Positions 1 to 12,559 of a stretch of DNA of 62,237 nt are shown piece by piece; position 1 is the stretch's first letter, and each line of letters begins with the position of its first letter. This stretch comes from Chiloscyllium plagiosum (lineage: Eukaryota), in NCBI RefSeq assembly GCF_004010195.1, contig NC_057719.1, positions 54,966,973-55,029,209 of the forward strand, written 5' to 3'. The translations under genes were made by a program, and so were the position numbers. The notes below the pieces were generated by a model that was not told the origin of the DNA, searched no databases, and worked only from the letters and a program-made list of their open reading frames with translations.

Positions 1-49
1 CATCATAACAAATAACTAAATTGTGTTTCACAAGTTGAATCATGTTCCT

Positions 50-2270
50 TACTCACCTAAAGCAAAATACTGTAGCAAACTGAATAGGAACAACTAAAGG
101 TAAATGTGTTTTTCTGTTACTGACCTGCATCCCTTTCTCCTTAAAGAAGCATGCTCTCACTGTATGCTGCAGACTTCATGGTACAAAGAATTATTTCTGA
201 AAAGCATTGTGCAGAACTGGTATTCCTGTCCTCCCCTTTCCCATGTAACCATCCTTATCATACCCTTATTTCCACTCTGGACAAGTGGGGTTTGTCCAGA
301 GAACTAGAATGGTTGAGTCAGTTTATTTTTCTGTCTGATCACACTTCTGATGCAGGCAACTCTCTCAGAAAAACAAACCCTTGTGCTCTGAATTAAAGCT
401 AGGAACATTTGTGGCAAATAAGGCCAGCCAGATTAATAGACCTTTTTCTTGTCTTGTTGTCTGTTGCATTCAAGCTGGTCAACTCAATGCACAGAATCAG
501 CTCTTTTGACAACCGTTGCATCTGGTAGTTTTCATTTGCTGACAGGAAAAAGTGAAAATGAAATTCAACCTGCATGAGGGGCACTAGATATTACTTGTAT
601 TTAAGGGATGAGAGACCCAGTGAAATGGATTTCCGCTCCTATTTACTGTTGCTCACATTGGGGAATAAGCAGTCCTGGGTGTGAGCAACAATTGACTCCA
701 ATGGATCTATAAAATAATCAGTGTGAAACTTTACATGTATCTGAAATAATCTTGTCAATTGGTATTCAATCGTGACATAAAAGAATTTAAAACTGAGTAT
801 GTATCTAAACTGAACTAAAAGTAAGAAGTAACATTTATGTGGTACTCTTCATGGCCTTAGGATTTTCAAGGCACCTATCTGCCAGTTAAATACTTCTTAT
901 GTAGTGTGGGAATAGTTCAATAGCTTCATTAAAGCTCAGAGATGAATAGTTTCAGATTTTTGTGACTTTGATCATCTAGTAAACTGAATCCAATAGTATA
1001 ACTACTTTATACCAGGAGCAAGAGGAAACAAAAGACAAGCTGAAGAAGTGGTGAATCTGGAAATTTAACTTAAGGTAAATTGAAAAGCCAATAGCAATTA
1101 TTGTGACATTGATTCCTTTTAATTAAATTTGAATAATTTTTACTGTTGTTCTAACTTGGTTGCACAACATGAATCAACAAACAAAGTTTATACCACATAA
1201 ATGTAACTGCATATCTTTATCATGGATATTACAACAACTTTTGCAATTCTTTAAAATAAAAAGATGTAGTAATTAAGTGTTGCTGGGGAAAAGAAATAAA
1301 AGCACTCAGATTGCATATATTTCAATAATTTGTGGATAGAGGAAATCTTAAAGAAAGACTGAATTTTCTGACTGTCGCATTTTCATGCTCCTCTGCATCT
1401 GTACCTTGTGTAATGAGATCAGGAACCTTACACAGGAATTACAAAGAAGGTCAAATATTCTGATTGAATTCACAGTTTAGACATTTATTCAAAGTACCTT
1501 GAATCCCAGTAAAAATACTAATCAACCTTAAAGTTCATGGCGCCAAACCAAAGCTTTGTTCTGGATGCTGTTGAACTCCCTGAGAGGTTTTTGATCATTC
1601 ATATGACCAGCAAGTTTACTCAGAAGTTTAACAATCGATTCTTTGGCCTCAGCTGGTTCTGATGTCTCCGGGAATGGGATCTCACAGTTTGTGGGTGATG
1701 ATCTCAGTCACAATTTGAGCTATTCTTGATGTTTCTCAGCCACTGATGACATCTTTCATGGCCCATTGTCAAGCACTTGAGAGTTGGTCAGATTTTCCAT
1801 GAAAGGATAAAACGTGGGACTTCATTACTTGGGTGAGTTACCCAGCTGTGGTTGGTGAGTGTTGTAGTCAGCTAGCAGGTGTGCCATCAAAATATGGACA
1901 AAGTTAACTTATAGCTATAAATCCTGTGTTTTATGATCCTGTTCCACAGTTACCTGATGAAGGAGCAGATCTCCAAAAGCTAGTGCTTCCAAATTTACAT
2001 TTGGACTATAACCTGATGAGGGACCAGGGTTTCAGAGTGGTCCAGCTATCCTTCCTTCAACAGATCATTAGACTGACTTATGCCCTGCCCTAGCCTGCCT
2101 GCCATCTCCTGAAAAGAGGTAGTGGCTCCAAGGATCCTGGATCTGTGTGATTTTTAACTTTGTTCACCCTCGTCCAACATCGGTTCCTCCACATCATCAA
2201 AATGTGGGACTGTAGTCAGTTTATCATGTGTGGAAAGAGTTATTCTCCAGGATATGGGATTTCAGATGGG
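50..2270 (-). pseudogene. Decayed TRIM gene, copy A (RING/B-box/coiled-coil/PRY-SPRY)
   Basis: Minus-strand translation across stops and frameshifts. B-box 'EKHQE*LKL...DHHP..CEI..HSRRHQNQLRP' at ~1635-1745. RING remnants flank the Penelope insert. Linker 'FIDPLESIV' at ~680-715. After the acceptor ttcctgtcag (exon starts 538): 'ELILCIELTSL' (PRY, cf. ELILSEDLTSV), 'AQGF', 'EV*SDRKIN*', 'KHIY..TFSCSY..LQYF' (SPRY end). Confidence 0.7.
1898..2194 (+). mobile_element. Penelope-like element, family 1 (short pLTR/tail copy with degenerate hammerhead), containing a foreign insert
   Basis: Matches copies at 20190-20372 and 33076-33213 (ctgatgaaggagc...agctagtgcttcc...gtgtgatttttaacttt). Flanked by TSD catcaaaat(a/g)tgg at 1885-1897 and 2195-2207. 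Confidence 0.8.
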
Positions 2271-2417
2271 CATATGAACGTGTGTGTGTCTTACTTTGAG
2301 GTTCTGTGTCAATGGGAGTGCTTTGTCAGCTGTCATGTAATGGTGTTCTTTGAGGCAGATATCAGGAGGTTCTTGAGTATTGTTGGGAGTTATACTTATT
2401 CAGGCAATTGGAGAGTA

Positions 2418-3632
2418 CTGTATACACTCATGTAAATGTCAATCTCATGTAAAAGTCAACCCCTTAATTTTGGCCAGAAAATCTTGTGTTTTCCCTATAT
2501 CTCGTGTAAAAGTCGACCCTACTATATCGCATTATAAATCTCTTACAAAGGAAACTGAATGTTCCCATTAACCCACCTCAACAAAATTGCATTCATTCGT
2601 TCATTCATACTGATAACTTTACTCATTGCTCTTTGTTTACTGTATTGTGTCTCTATTCATTCATTTATTCGTTCATAACTCTCCTTAGCCCACTTGGTTT
2701 ACTGCAACAAGTTTTGATTCATTCATTAATTCAGACCAGGACTAAGTCTATTGGTACTTCTTGCACTTTGTTCACTACACATTCAATGTTAATATTGTTT
2801 AAAAGTTAATCATTTTAATTGTGCCATTACATCTGAATAAAAGTGAGGTATATTAACTATATATATCTTTAACTCTTTGACAAATTTGTTAGTGTTGCTG
2901 AGGTTCATTGTGTATGAGAATAAATGGGAGGGAAACGGAAGAATTTGGTGGGAACGTTCAAGACACTTACATCTTCAGAATTTAATAAATGTTTCATTTT
3001 AAGTGTGCCACTATACAATTTTGAACAGTGTGATTTTGCAGGATTTCAATGAATCTTTGACGTTAGATTTTTGTACCAGTATGTATAAATAAACTTTGCT
3101 ACTAGCAATTCATTCTTGTTTCTCTTGCTTTTATCTGGTTATTACCTTTACCGGAACTCATTGTGTTTTTCTTCTTTACCCGGCATTAGTGGTGCTATCA
3201 AATCGACTTCTGCTAATAATATAGTATTTTGAACTGCAGCATGAATTTCAAATCCTCAAAACTAGTCGACCCTATAAATTGAACCTTTAAATGGACTTAA
3301 ATTGGGTGGCACGGTGACTCGGTGGTAAACACTGCTACCTCACAGGGTCCTAGGTTCAATTCCAGCCTTGGGCAACTGTCTGTGTGGAGTTTGCATATTC
3401 TCCCCGTGTCTGTGTGGGTTTCTGGGTGTTCTAGTTTCCTCCCACAATCCAAAGATGTGCAGGTCAGGTGAATTGTCCATAGTGTTAGGTGCATTAGAGG
3501 GAAATGGGTCTGGGTCGGTTACTCTTCGGAGGGTCGGTGTGGACTGATTGGGCCGAAGGGCCTGTTTCCACACTGTAGTGAATCTAATCTAAAAATAGTC
3601 TAATACATTTGACTTTACATGATGGTATATGG
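2418..3632. mobile_element. pogo/Tigger-type non-autonomous DNA transposon (MITE)
   Basis: Imperfect TIRs ctgtatacactcatgtaaatgtcaa / ttgactttacatgatggtatatgg, TA on both sides (2416-2417, 3633-3634), and repeated gtaaaagtc(g/a)accc subterminal motifs. Appears to split an old LINE fragment (ggagag-TA-tttcat). Confidence 0.7.
3304..3591 (+). mobile_element. tRNA-derived V-SINE (HE1-like)
   Basis: Pol III A/B-box head, V-domain-like core tgtgtggagtttgca...ttcctcccaca, taatct tail. Nested in the MITE. Confidence 0.9.
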
Positions 3633-4269
3633 TATTTCATTAAAGTCTTGATTTGTACTTTGTCTGTAATTGAAAGGCTATGAGAATGTGGTAAGTGAGT
3701 TACTCACCACAAAATTTACTATCTCTGTATAATTTTCCATCAATGACAGATTAAATGTGAATGATTGACCACTGGAGGACAGAAGATCTCATTCATGTTT
3801 CAATAATCGAGAGAGCTTCTGTTATCTGACAACTATTTAAGTAACGAGGACTGACCCCAACCATTGCTCATGTCTCAGTGAACACTGAGCATTGAGTAAT
3901 GTTGGCCCTCAGACCCACCTGCACTCTCTGACTGATGGCTCTCCATCTGTCAGCACAGCTGTCACCAGCCAACCTCTTGACAAAGATGACATTTGCCATC
4001 ACTCTCTCCACTTCAGGTTCTGTATAGATTACCTCCAAATGATTCATATATGACCACTCAGCAGCTTGTCACAGTTAGTGCAAAAAGATTTATATTACAA
4101 ATCTCCTAGAAGAAAATTTAGATAAGGCCCAAAAATAGGTACAAAATATTTACTTTATGATTAGCTTACATCTATTGATTCTAATGGAGACAACATGCAA
4201 ATTTCGACTTTGGAATTTACCCATGTGGAAGTAATGGAGAACTTTATATGAACACTTGGAGAACCAACC

Positions 4270-4560
4270 TGTATCTCAGCTTCCATTACAGCTCGAATAG
4301 AAGATAACCAACAGCTGAGTGCAGCAGTGGAAGCTCAGGCTGAGACAATTAAATCTCAGCTTCTTGCCATAAAGACTTAGACTACTACCAACATGGCTGT
4401 GATACCAGAGTTCATAAATGCTTGCAGGGTCTCAGAGCAGTCCAGCTATCCCTCTTTCAACAGATCATTAGAATGACTTATGCCCTGCCCTGGCCTGAAG
4501 AGAGGAAGTGGCTCCAAGGATCCTGGACCTGTTATCCTTTCATAGCATTCATGCTCCCTT
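4270..4560 (+). mobile_element. Probable Harbinger accessory (Myb/SANT) ORF C-terminal fossil
   Basis: Translates 'QQLSAAVEAQAETIKSQLLAI', a coiled-coil-like stretch. The assignment is by resemblance to Harbinger ORF tails only. Confidence 0.35.
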
Positions 4561-4577
4561 GGTACTCGTGCCACTGT

Positions 4578-4896
4578 GGGCGGCACGGTGGCACAGTGTT
4601 TAGCACTGCTGCCTCACAGCGCCAGAGACCTGGGTTCAATTCCCGCCTCAGGCAACTCTCTGTGTAGAGTTTACACATTCTACCTGTGTTTGCGTGGGTT
4701 TGCTCCGGTTTCCTCCCATAGTCACAAAAATGTGCAAGTTAGGTGAATTAACCATGCTAAATTGCCCTTAGTGTTAGGTGAAGGGGTAAATGTAGGGGAA
4801 TGGGTCTGGGTGGATTGGACTTCGGTGGGTCGGTGTGGACTAGTTGGGCCGAAGGGCCTGTTTCCACACTGTAAGTTTTGTAATCTAATCTAATCT
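4578..4896 (+). mobile_element. V-SINE (HE1-like)
   Basis: gggcggcacggtggcacagtg head, conserved core, (taatc)n tail. Confidence 0.92.
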
Positions 4897-6949
4897 ATTC
4901 CACCTGTGTCAGATGCTGCCTGATCGGCTGTGCTTTTCCAGCACCACTCTAATGTAGATTCCCATCTGTTAGGCAGCTAAAACTATCACGGCCATTCTTA
5001 CCGAGATGGAACTAGGAAAAGAAGCTGTGACCACTTTCAGCATTGCCACCAAGATCTCACAAGCAGATCATAGGAAAGCAAAGGCGAGGACTGGGGCAAA
5101 GCTTCAGGGAATGCTGAGCCACAACCCATTCCCACAGCTTCTCCCAAACAACATTACATGACAGTTCTTCCATAGTGTGGCGCAAACACAGGAGGCACAG
5201 GTTAGTCTCTTGAAAGTGAGTAATGGTTGGAGAAGCAACAAAACACAGATTATGTCTCCCCCATTCAGGCTCTTTCACCTCTTCCAATCCCAGGTTGAGA
5301 TGAAATCTATTGTTGAAGAGCAGCAAGAATAGGACGTGTGATTAGAAGAGCTGAAGCATGCAGCATAGAGAGGTCAGAAGAGAGGAATGCAGCACAGCCA
5401 ATGGAGGCAAACTGGCTCGAACTGAGCTATTGAAACTGAAGGAAGATGGAAAGAGAGGCAAGGGAAAAGGAGGGTCAAGGGTCAAGGGAGGAAATGAAAG
5501 AGGGACACTAAGAAAGAGAAACTTAATGCAGGAAAAATGGGAGGGAAGTTCTCAAGGTAAGATGAGAGATAGAATGAGTGTGTGGGCAATAAGTAACATT
5601 GCTCACTTTCAAATTATTTTATTTATTTCTATAGTAACTCATAACTTTTTTTAAATGTCTTTTTTCCTTCTTAGAGACAATCTTAACATGAACAGTGAGC
5701 TCAAAATTGTCAGCACAGATGTTATGTCAGAATTATGCTTTGACATCCAATTATCTTCTCTCTGAATGACCAAGCTAACACCATCATCAAAATAATATCC
5801 AACTTGGGTCATTCCAGAATTAAACAAAATGTCCATTTTGTGGACCATTTTGTAGGACCAATAGCTCAAGACCAAAGGTACTACAGAATCAAATTCTGTC
5901 ACTCTTAAAATTAGTAAGGTTGTGGGATAGATTTTATTCTGAGAGTTGACATTTCTATTATGTGTGAATTAAGATTGAAAGAGGAAGTCAGCTTGGCAGG
6001 CATACCCTTTCCAATCAATACATTCACTAAAATGTTTCAGCTGTTACATTTGATTGTAAATCCTTTTCTGGTTCTGAGAATAAGGTCAATAGCCTAATTT
6101 TCATCATCTGAAAGACCTGATTGCACATCATATTTCAGAAGACTCCTCTCAATCAGTGCTGATACAGCCACTAATGCCAGAAATCCATTGATTGCACCAA
6201 GTCTATGAGGAATATGTATGAGCAGAAGCAATGAAAATTGAGACTTAAAAAAGACAATTAGAATACTCCTGTAGGAGTACTTCAAAATATCATCTCTCCG
6301 ATGACTATTACTCATAATTTCCACTGATACAAATCATCCACCAGCCATTTTTCATATATCATTCTTGTAAAAAAAAAGACACTTCTGATCAGTGATTTTG
6401 ACATCTCTCACATTTTCAGGTTTCTTGATCAATGATTGGTGAGTTAACAATGAAGAATTTGAACCTTGGTCTCAGGGAGCAGCCATTTATTGGAACCGAA
6501 CAGAAAAACATATGCTTGCAGCTATTTCATTGAGACTGGAAAGATGGGAGGAAAAGAGGTGGGGCTAAGAAGGAATGGATATGTCAATCATAAAGTGGAG
6601 GTAAGAAGGTTGAGTGAGAACGACCGAAAGGAAAGCGTGAATTGATGGAGAGGAGTAAACAATTCATATGGTAGCTAAAGACTCTGATTACCTATTTCTA
6701 AATTGTTATCACTTTCAAATACCAATGCAGCTGTCACGTTAAATCTTTTTCAGTCAAATATTTGGAGTGAAATCCAAACAAGACCCAGAAATGGATGTGG
6801 AGATCACAGTATGGGATTAACATGTAGGTATTGCTCCTAAAGCAACAAACAGCCAACAATTTACCCACTGAGTGCTGCACATTTTAGCAGTGGACCCTGC
6901 ATTATAAGAGGTTAGCACCTTTAAAGCAAAGCATAACATCTTAAAGGGA

Positions 6950-7050
6950 TGGACAAAGTTAAAAATCACACAACACCAGGTTATGGTCCAGCAGGTTTAA
7001 TTGGAAGCACACTAGCTTTCGGAGTGTCGCTCCTTTATCAGGTGACAACC
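6950..7050 (-). mobile_element. Penelope-like family 1 pLTR fragment with near-intact hammerhead
   Basis: Reverse complement reads cacCTGATAAAggagcgacactccGAAAGCTAgtgtgcttcc...gtgtgatttttaacttt. Confidence 0.8.
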
Positions 7051-7069
7051 ATGGAAGTAATACTGTATG

Positions 7070-9300
7070 GCCAAAATGAACAAATCTCCTCAAATACATC
7101 TATAATACTGTCAGGCCACTGTTAGATAATGATCTTTTGAGTATTTCATGACAGTAGCTATACTTAAAATGGAATCTCACTTTTCACCACATTGAACAAA
7201 TCAAAGTGTTTTATGACCAACAAAATGTTTTTCAAGTGCTCCCATTGTTGCAGTTTGGAAAATACACTTTAAAAATACTTACCTATAAAACACTTTGAAA
7301 CATCCTGAGGCTGTAATGGGTGATAGAAATGCAAGTCTTTATTTTACCTTGCTGTTTCTTTTTGGAAAAAAACTAACAATTTTCTATATGAAAATATTTG
7401 TAAATTAACTTGCACATTTTTGCCAAATTAGTAAGGGCTTTGACTGAAATTGAAACTGAGATAATGATTATCCATCTTTATCCAAACACCATGGAGTGGC
7501 ACAGTGGCTCAGTGGTTAGCACAGCTGCCTCACAGCACCAGAGATCGGGTTCGACTGTCTGTGTGGAGTTTGCACATTCTCCCCGTGTCTACGTGCGTTT
7601 TCTCCAGGTGCTCCGGTTTCCTCCCACAACCTAAAGAGGTGCAGGTTAGGTGAATTGGCCATGTTAAATTACCCATAGTGTTCAGGGATGTGTAAATTAG
7701 GTGCATAAGTCAGGGGCAACTACAGGATAATAAAGTTGGGGAATGGGTCTGCATGGGTTACTCTTCGGAGGGTCGGTGTGGACTTGTTGGGCCGAAGGGC
7801 CTGTTTCCACACTGTAAGGAATCTATGATTTACAAACTGGGCAGAAAGTGGTGCAAATAGTGCAGAAGATCAGAGGGATAGCTACACTATTTGGAAAGGT
7901 TAATACACTTTTAATTCTATTGCTACTTCTACCCATCAATAAGAATAAGAGTTGGGCAAAGCAATTTGGTGAGAAGTTCACTTTGTCCGAAGGTTTCTTA
8001 ATAGAACTGAAACAGCCACTTAGCAACAGATGGCTGTAGGGCAGACATTTCACAACAATCAATTGCAATGCTGCTCTCCACTTAAAAATGTGTTATCAAG
8101 TGACCGCCAATCAGGTGTTAAGGTGTTAAATCTTAACTGCCATGTCACTTGACACATCACTTTAATTTCAGCAAGGTTTGTTCCAATTCATTGCTAAGTT
8201 GAGAACAGGCTTTATTTCTTCAAAAAAAAATAGTGACTTGGATTACAATACATGTACATTTGCCATTACATTCCCAGGGTGCCAGGTAGGGATCGGGAGG
8301 TGGAGTGAGAATCAGTGATGAAAATATAGTCAGGAGCCATGTCGAGGTGGCTCCTTGCCACAGTCTTCCATCCAAGACTGAATTGAATATGGAGTGCTTG
8401 TTACCAGGCAGTTTCAATATTTGTGGACCTTGATTCGTTTGGTGTGTTCAGTGATAAGAGGCCCCCAACAACTGCCGCCCCACCTCACAGTCTGGGAACA
8501 CTAACAGCTTCACGATGGTCATCTCCCTCTGTAACTGTCAGGGGCATGACCATTTAAACTGGATGCCATATGCCATGAAAAGTAAAGCCATAGGAAAAGA
8601 GCTCCCGAGGGTCCAATTGAGCCATCCACTGCAGGAAGGGAATTTGTTCTTTTGACTTCTCTAGTCATATATGTCTTCACTTCTCCCTCTCAGGTTGCCT
8701 CAAGATTAAGGCATCACTTCCAGTTGCCACATCAACACCTAACACCATCTGTGTCAGTGCTGAGCTGGTCCTCCAACCAATAAGTGCATCATCCATTCCT
8801 GCCCACGTTGAAGTCCCAAAGTTCATGACACAATCTTGGTCCAATCCTTTCCAGAGACATGTAGCTGTTTTAGTTGCCTGAGTCCATTTCAATATTTGAC
8901 CGGATAACATTACTTTGAATACACTAACACATTAATTATGAGGGATTCAGTTCAAATATTAACAATTTGGAAAGGTATTGTTAAACGAAGCCATGAAACA
9001 CAATCCTGAAAATTAGAATCAAACTTTTTTCTAGAAATGTTCACATCGATGTTTTATAATTCTATTGTTTTATGTGGGTACCTTTAAATAATCTAGTGTC
9101 CTTTAACAAAAAGGATTTTATTTGTCATACTTCAGTATAAATCGTGAACAATAGACTAACTTTTTTAGACTAAATTTTAGTCTACTGGAATGGGAATTGT
9201 AAAATCAAAAGCACAATATCCAACTTCAAGTCTTACTACAGGATACAAAATTATTGGTGATGCCTGTTACAAGCTGAAAGTTACAGAAAAAGTGTTAGAG
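7070..9300 (+). pseudogene. Decayed TRIM gene, copy C (mainly PRY-SPRY visible)
   Basis: 'EGFSS' at 8940-8954 followed by 'LE..K.*'. PRY-like 'CVSAELV...PKF...AVLVA' after acceptor ctccctctcag (~8694). Coiled-coil-like 'IATLFGKVNTLL' (~7880). N-terminal boundary is poorly defined. Confidence 0.4.
7493..7826 (+). mobile_element. V-SINE (HE1-like)
   Basis: tggcacagtggctcagtggttagc head, same core and 3' gggcctgtttccacactgta. Confidence 0.9.
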
Positions 9301-10522
9301 CAGGGATATGGAAACCTGAATCCGTTGACAAAATACAGCATGTAATTTGTGGAAACCAGTCCCAAAGCCTAATAGAGGTGTCAGTAGCATGAGGGCAGAG
9401 ATTTAAGATTGCCACCGATGAGAATAGAGAGTATATGGGCCCAAACCAATTGATCTCAGCCAGGCTCTCTATTTCAGGCACAGACCAGACAAGAAAATTA
9501 CATTGCTAATTATCCCCAATCGTTTGATGGAGGAGCCTGCAGGGCTCACCAAGCACAATAGAAAAGCTCTTTGCTGAAGTCACACCATCTTTTTTATGGC
9601 ACTGTAGCTGCTGTATTCATATAATCAGAGATTGAATAGTTGAGGGGAGGCATAATGAGAGGTCAATTCTATCGGTGCACAGGAGTTAACCCTGTTTTAT
9701 TTGTCTGTTTATCTTTTCCTGGGTAACTATCCAAACAATAAATGAGAACCCCACAAAGTCTTGGATTCTAACTCAGAGTTGGAGAGCTTGGGGTAGGGGA
9801 AGGGTTTCCAGCTGCAAAGAACTTTGTGGGTTGTTCCTGCATTAGGATGAATGACAGGCCCTAATTTGCACCTTGTGGATTATGTCCAGTCTCCAGTAGT
9901 CTGGAGATGAAAAGGCCAGATTCTGAAAAGAAGTGTTTTAACACAACAAGCTGTTAGTACCATGGAAAATTTTAAAAATAGGTGGAAATTGTGGCAGAAA
10001 CTGTGGGATGGTATTCATAGCAAAAATAAACTGTATAAAAAGTCAGTGGAGAATAGCTTGAGGCAGCTTCAGTTAAAGAACGATGACCAAGGCAGTCATA
10101 ATCAGGCTCCCCTGGTGTTAGAAAATCAATGATTCTTTCTGTCTGCTGACTATATGTGTATATGTTGATACTACATTACAAGCTTTTTTCACAAATAGAT
10201 GACAATGCATTTCAGTACATGGGTAGTAAAAATAGTTGGGATGCATTCTTTATTTTCCAACATGCTGAGACAGTCACAGCCACTCAGAACTATTTGTTGG
10301 AATTAAATAACAGTGTTTGCATTTCATGCATTTCATATTTATTACACTTTTTTTGTTCATTGATGCATTCAAGCATATCAAGTCTGCCCATAAGCTGCAG
10401 CAAGAGATTTAACTGAATTCCACTTATTCCTCGGTTATAGAGATATTTCTTCCTTCAAGTTGCCACGGTAATGTAGCCCCTCAGTGCACTTAAAATAAAA
10501 TTGGCAATTACATTAACATTCT

Positions 10523-11760
10523 GGGGCAGAATTTTCCCATCTTTAGTTAAATGTTTCGTGAAATGAAATTTATGATGCCTAGCCCATCATAACTTGGAAC
10601 GTGATTGCTCATACAATCTTCTGTTCTTCATCTCATTAATTATGCAACCCAACTATTGGGCACTGCGTTATATCTTACATCAAGTATATCTTTAAGAAAC
10701 ATGTTCATGATATAATCACTATCATAACACGTCCCAAGGGTGTAAAGGTCTCAGGTACCATATTAACTTGGATCACTTGAGGTAGAATATACTGTTGAAA
10801 GCATGCCCCTCTATGTAATTTAATAGCTTAATGTTAACTCAACTACCTGTGCCTGTGCATGTAATATTTGTATATAATTACTAGCTATAAGTGTCCATTG
10901 AATTCTTCAATACCACAATGTGCATGGCTAGTTTTTCTTTGTGTTATGAGGAATCATATAAACAATGTTTTATAAGTAAAAACACTCGGGTGGAGGCAAA
11001 CTCATATCATGCACTCTTCTTGGGGAATTATATAACAAGACAAGTGGAAGTGTTTGCTAGTACCATGATCTTTAGGCATTCATGCCACTGACAACAAATA
11101 GCCTCCATCAGTTTCACCTTAGTGGGTGCTTTTTCTAGATTGTGGTGGGGTTCTAATCTGCTAAGAATACCACTGACACATCTCCACAGCTGGACCAGGT
11201 AGAAATGTCCCTGCTTATAGGCACTCAGAATTGTCAGATACCAGACACCTGCTCAGCCTCAGACAGAGGAGCAGCCTGTGGTGTCAGCCATTAGTGATGC
11301 TGATAAATCAAGCAGAGAGACAGACAAACATCAGCCAGGCATATAAACTGTATTGAAGGATGGAGGAGTCCCCCTCCAATGTTACAATGCTGGCTTAGGC
11401 ACACTAGCGTCCAGCTGTCTCATGGACAGGTTGATGGCTGCCTAGAAGAACTATATCCAATACATTGAGTGCCTTTGACCTGTGCTCTATTACTCTAGCC
11501 AGTATCAATGGCAAAGTGAGGGGTGACAAGGAATCTCAACCTATATGCCTCTACATACAGACAGAATGGTGCCAGTAAACACCGAAAGAAAAGAGCACCA
11601 ACAGAACGTTCCAGCAGTGCCCTACTCCTCCAGCTTTCTGCTATCTGTAGATGTTCACACCAAGAAAGTTGACTGCTTCTGTATTGACACTTTCAGGAAG
11701 CCTGCACCATTTAGATCTAAAGGTTGACCCAGGAATGACTTGTTCTGGTGGTTTGGAAGA
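10523..11760 (+). mobile_element. Harbinger fossil (TIR-like end and accessory-ORF 3' part)
   Basis: GGGGCAGAATTTTCCC end at 10523. 11150-11450 aligns by eye with the reverse complement of 26140-26430. Confidence 0.45.
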
Positions 11761-11894
11761 CTTGCACAATCAGAGCAAGCTCTCCATGCAAGCTGTGGAT
11801 GTTGGGACTGCACTTGGATTTAGGGAAAGGAAGGTGAAAACTTATAAAAGACACATGAATAAAACATCAACATAATTAGCTTTTCACTTTTGTA

Positions 11895-11950
11895 ACTATA
11901 TGTCATATGCATATATGTATATGTATATTTATATATATACCCTGTATATG
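11895..11950. repeat. (TA/TG)n microsatellite
   Basis: atatatgtatatgtatatttatatatatac. Confidence 0.8.
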
Positions 11951-12559
11951 TGTTAAATTGCTGTGGTGTAACTTTTAATGTTGGACCTGGTAAAGTCTCA
12001 TCTATTTAGAAATGAATAGCCTCTTCAGATACTTTGAAGTTGAAAGAATCTGTCAATGACCAAGCATCACTCCTCACAAGCCACTCACTCTTTGACTGCA
12101 GGAAGCCTCCAAAATTGGGTATCCTTTAACTGTGATGCCGATGACTGTAGTTGCAGTTTAATATGGATAATGCTGAGGCGAAAAATAATTTGCAAGGATG
12201 GTGCTTGGGCCTGTTTTACACACATTATTCAATACTCATGACAATGTGGAATCAATAATAATTCCACGCATCTCTGGAGGGAAAGTTTTGTTTCAATTTC
12301 AAGGGAGCACACTGATATTTAAGGCTGAGATTTGTACAATGGGAAGCTCACATGTCCACTTTTCTTCATAGTGCATTGGCCTACCAAGATGAGTTACTCA
12401 AAGTGATTTTTCTTTCAGGTTTTATGTTGTCCTGCAGAATGCTCAAATATTTTAGAGCGATTTAGCAGCCTATCTGCATATTTTGAAACATTGCATTGAA
12501 GGGTCTAGTGGAAATTTGTTGGCTTTTAAAATAGTTCTCTTTACTTTTGATTTCACCAG

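Larger units (their letters stand above)
3920..6520 (+). pseudogene. Decayed TRIM gene, copy B
   Basis: RING-like 'SICQH..AITLS..FCIDYL..ACHS*CKK' (3940-4100), B-box-like 'QH...GIYPCGSNGEL' (4190-4250), linker 'HFVGPIAQ' followed by gtaagg donor (~5914), PRY 'IAHHISEDSSQSV' (~6120-6160), SPRY 'VGVLQ' and 'FLD..GELT'. Confidence 0.55.
9700..12400 (+). pseudogene. Decayed TRIM gene, copy D
   Basis: RING end 'RAWGRGRVSSCKELCGLF' then 'RPNLHLVDYVQ' (9785-9890), B-box-like 'HNKLLV' (~9945), SPRY-like 'RRKIICKDGAW', 'GGKVLF', 'HT.IFKAE' (12170-12335). Confidence 0.45.

Noticed and set aside
275..301. Perfect 10-bp stem-loop ctctggacaa/ttgtccagag
   Set aside because: Short, lies in a decayed SPRY exon, and has no supporting context; compatible with chance or a local fold-back mutation.
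6093..6190. SH2-like reading 'FHHLKDLIAHH'
   Set aside because: Better explained as the PRY start of TRIM copy B, given the upstream linker and downstream SPRY motifs.
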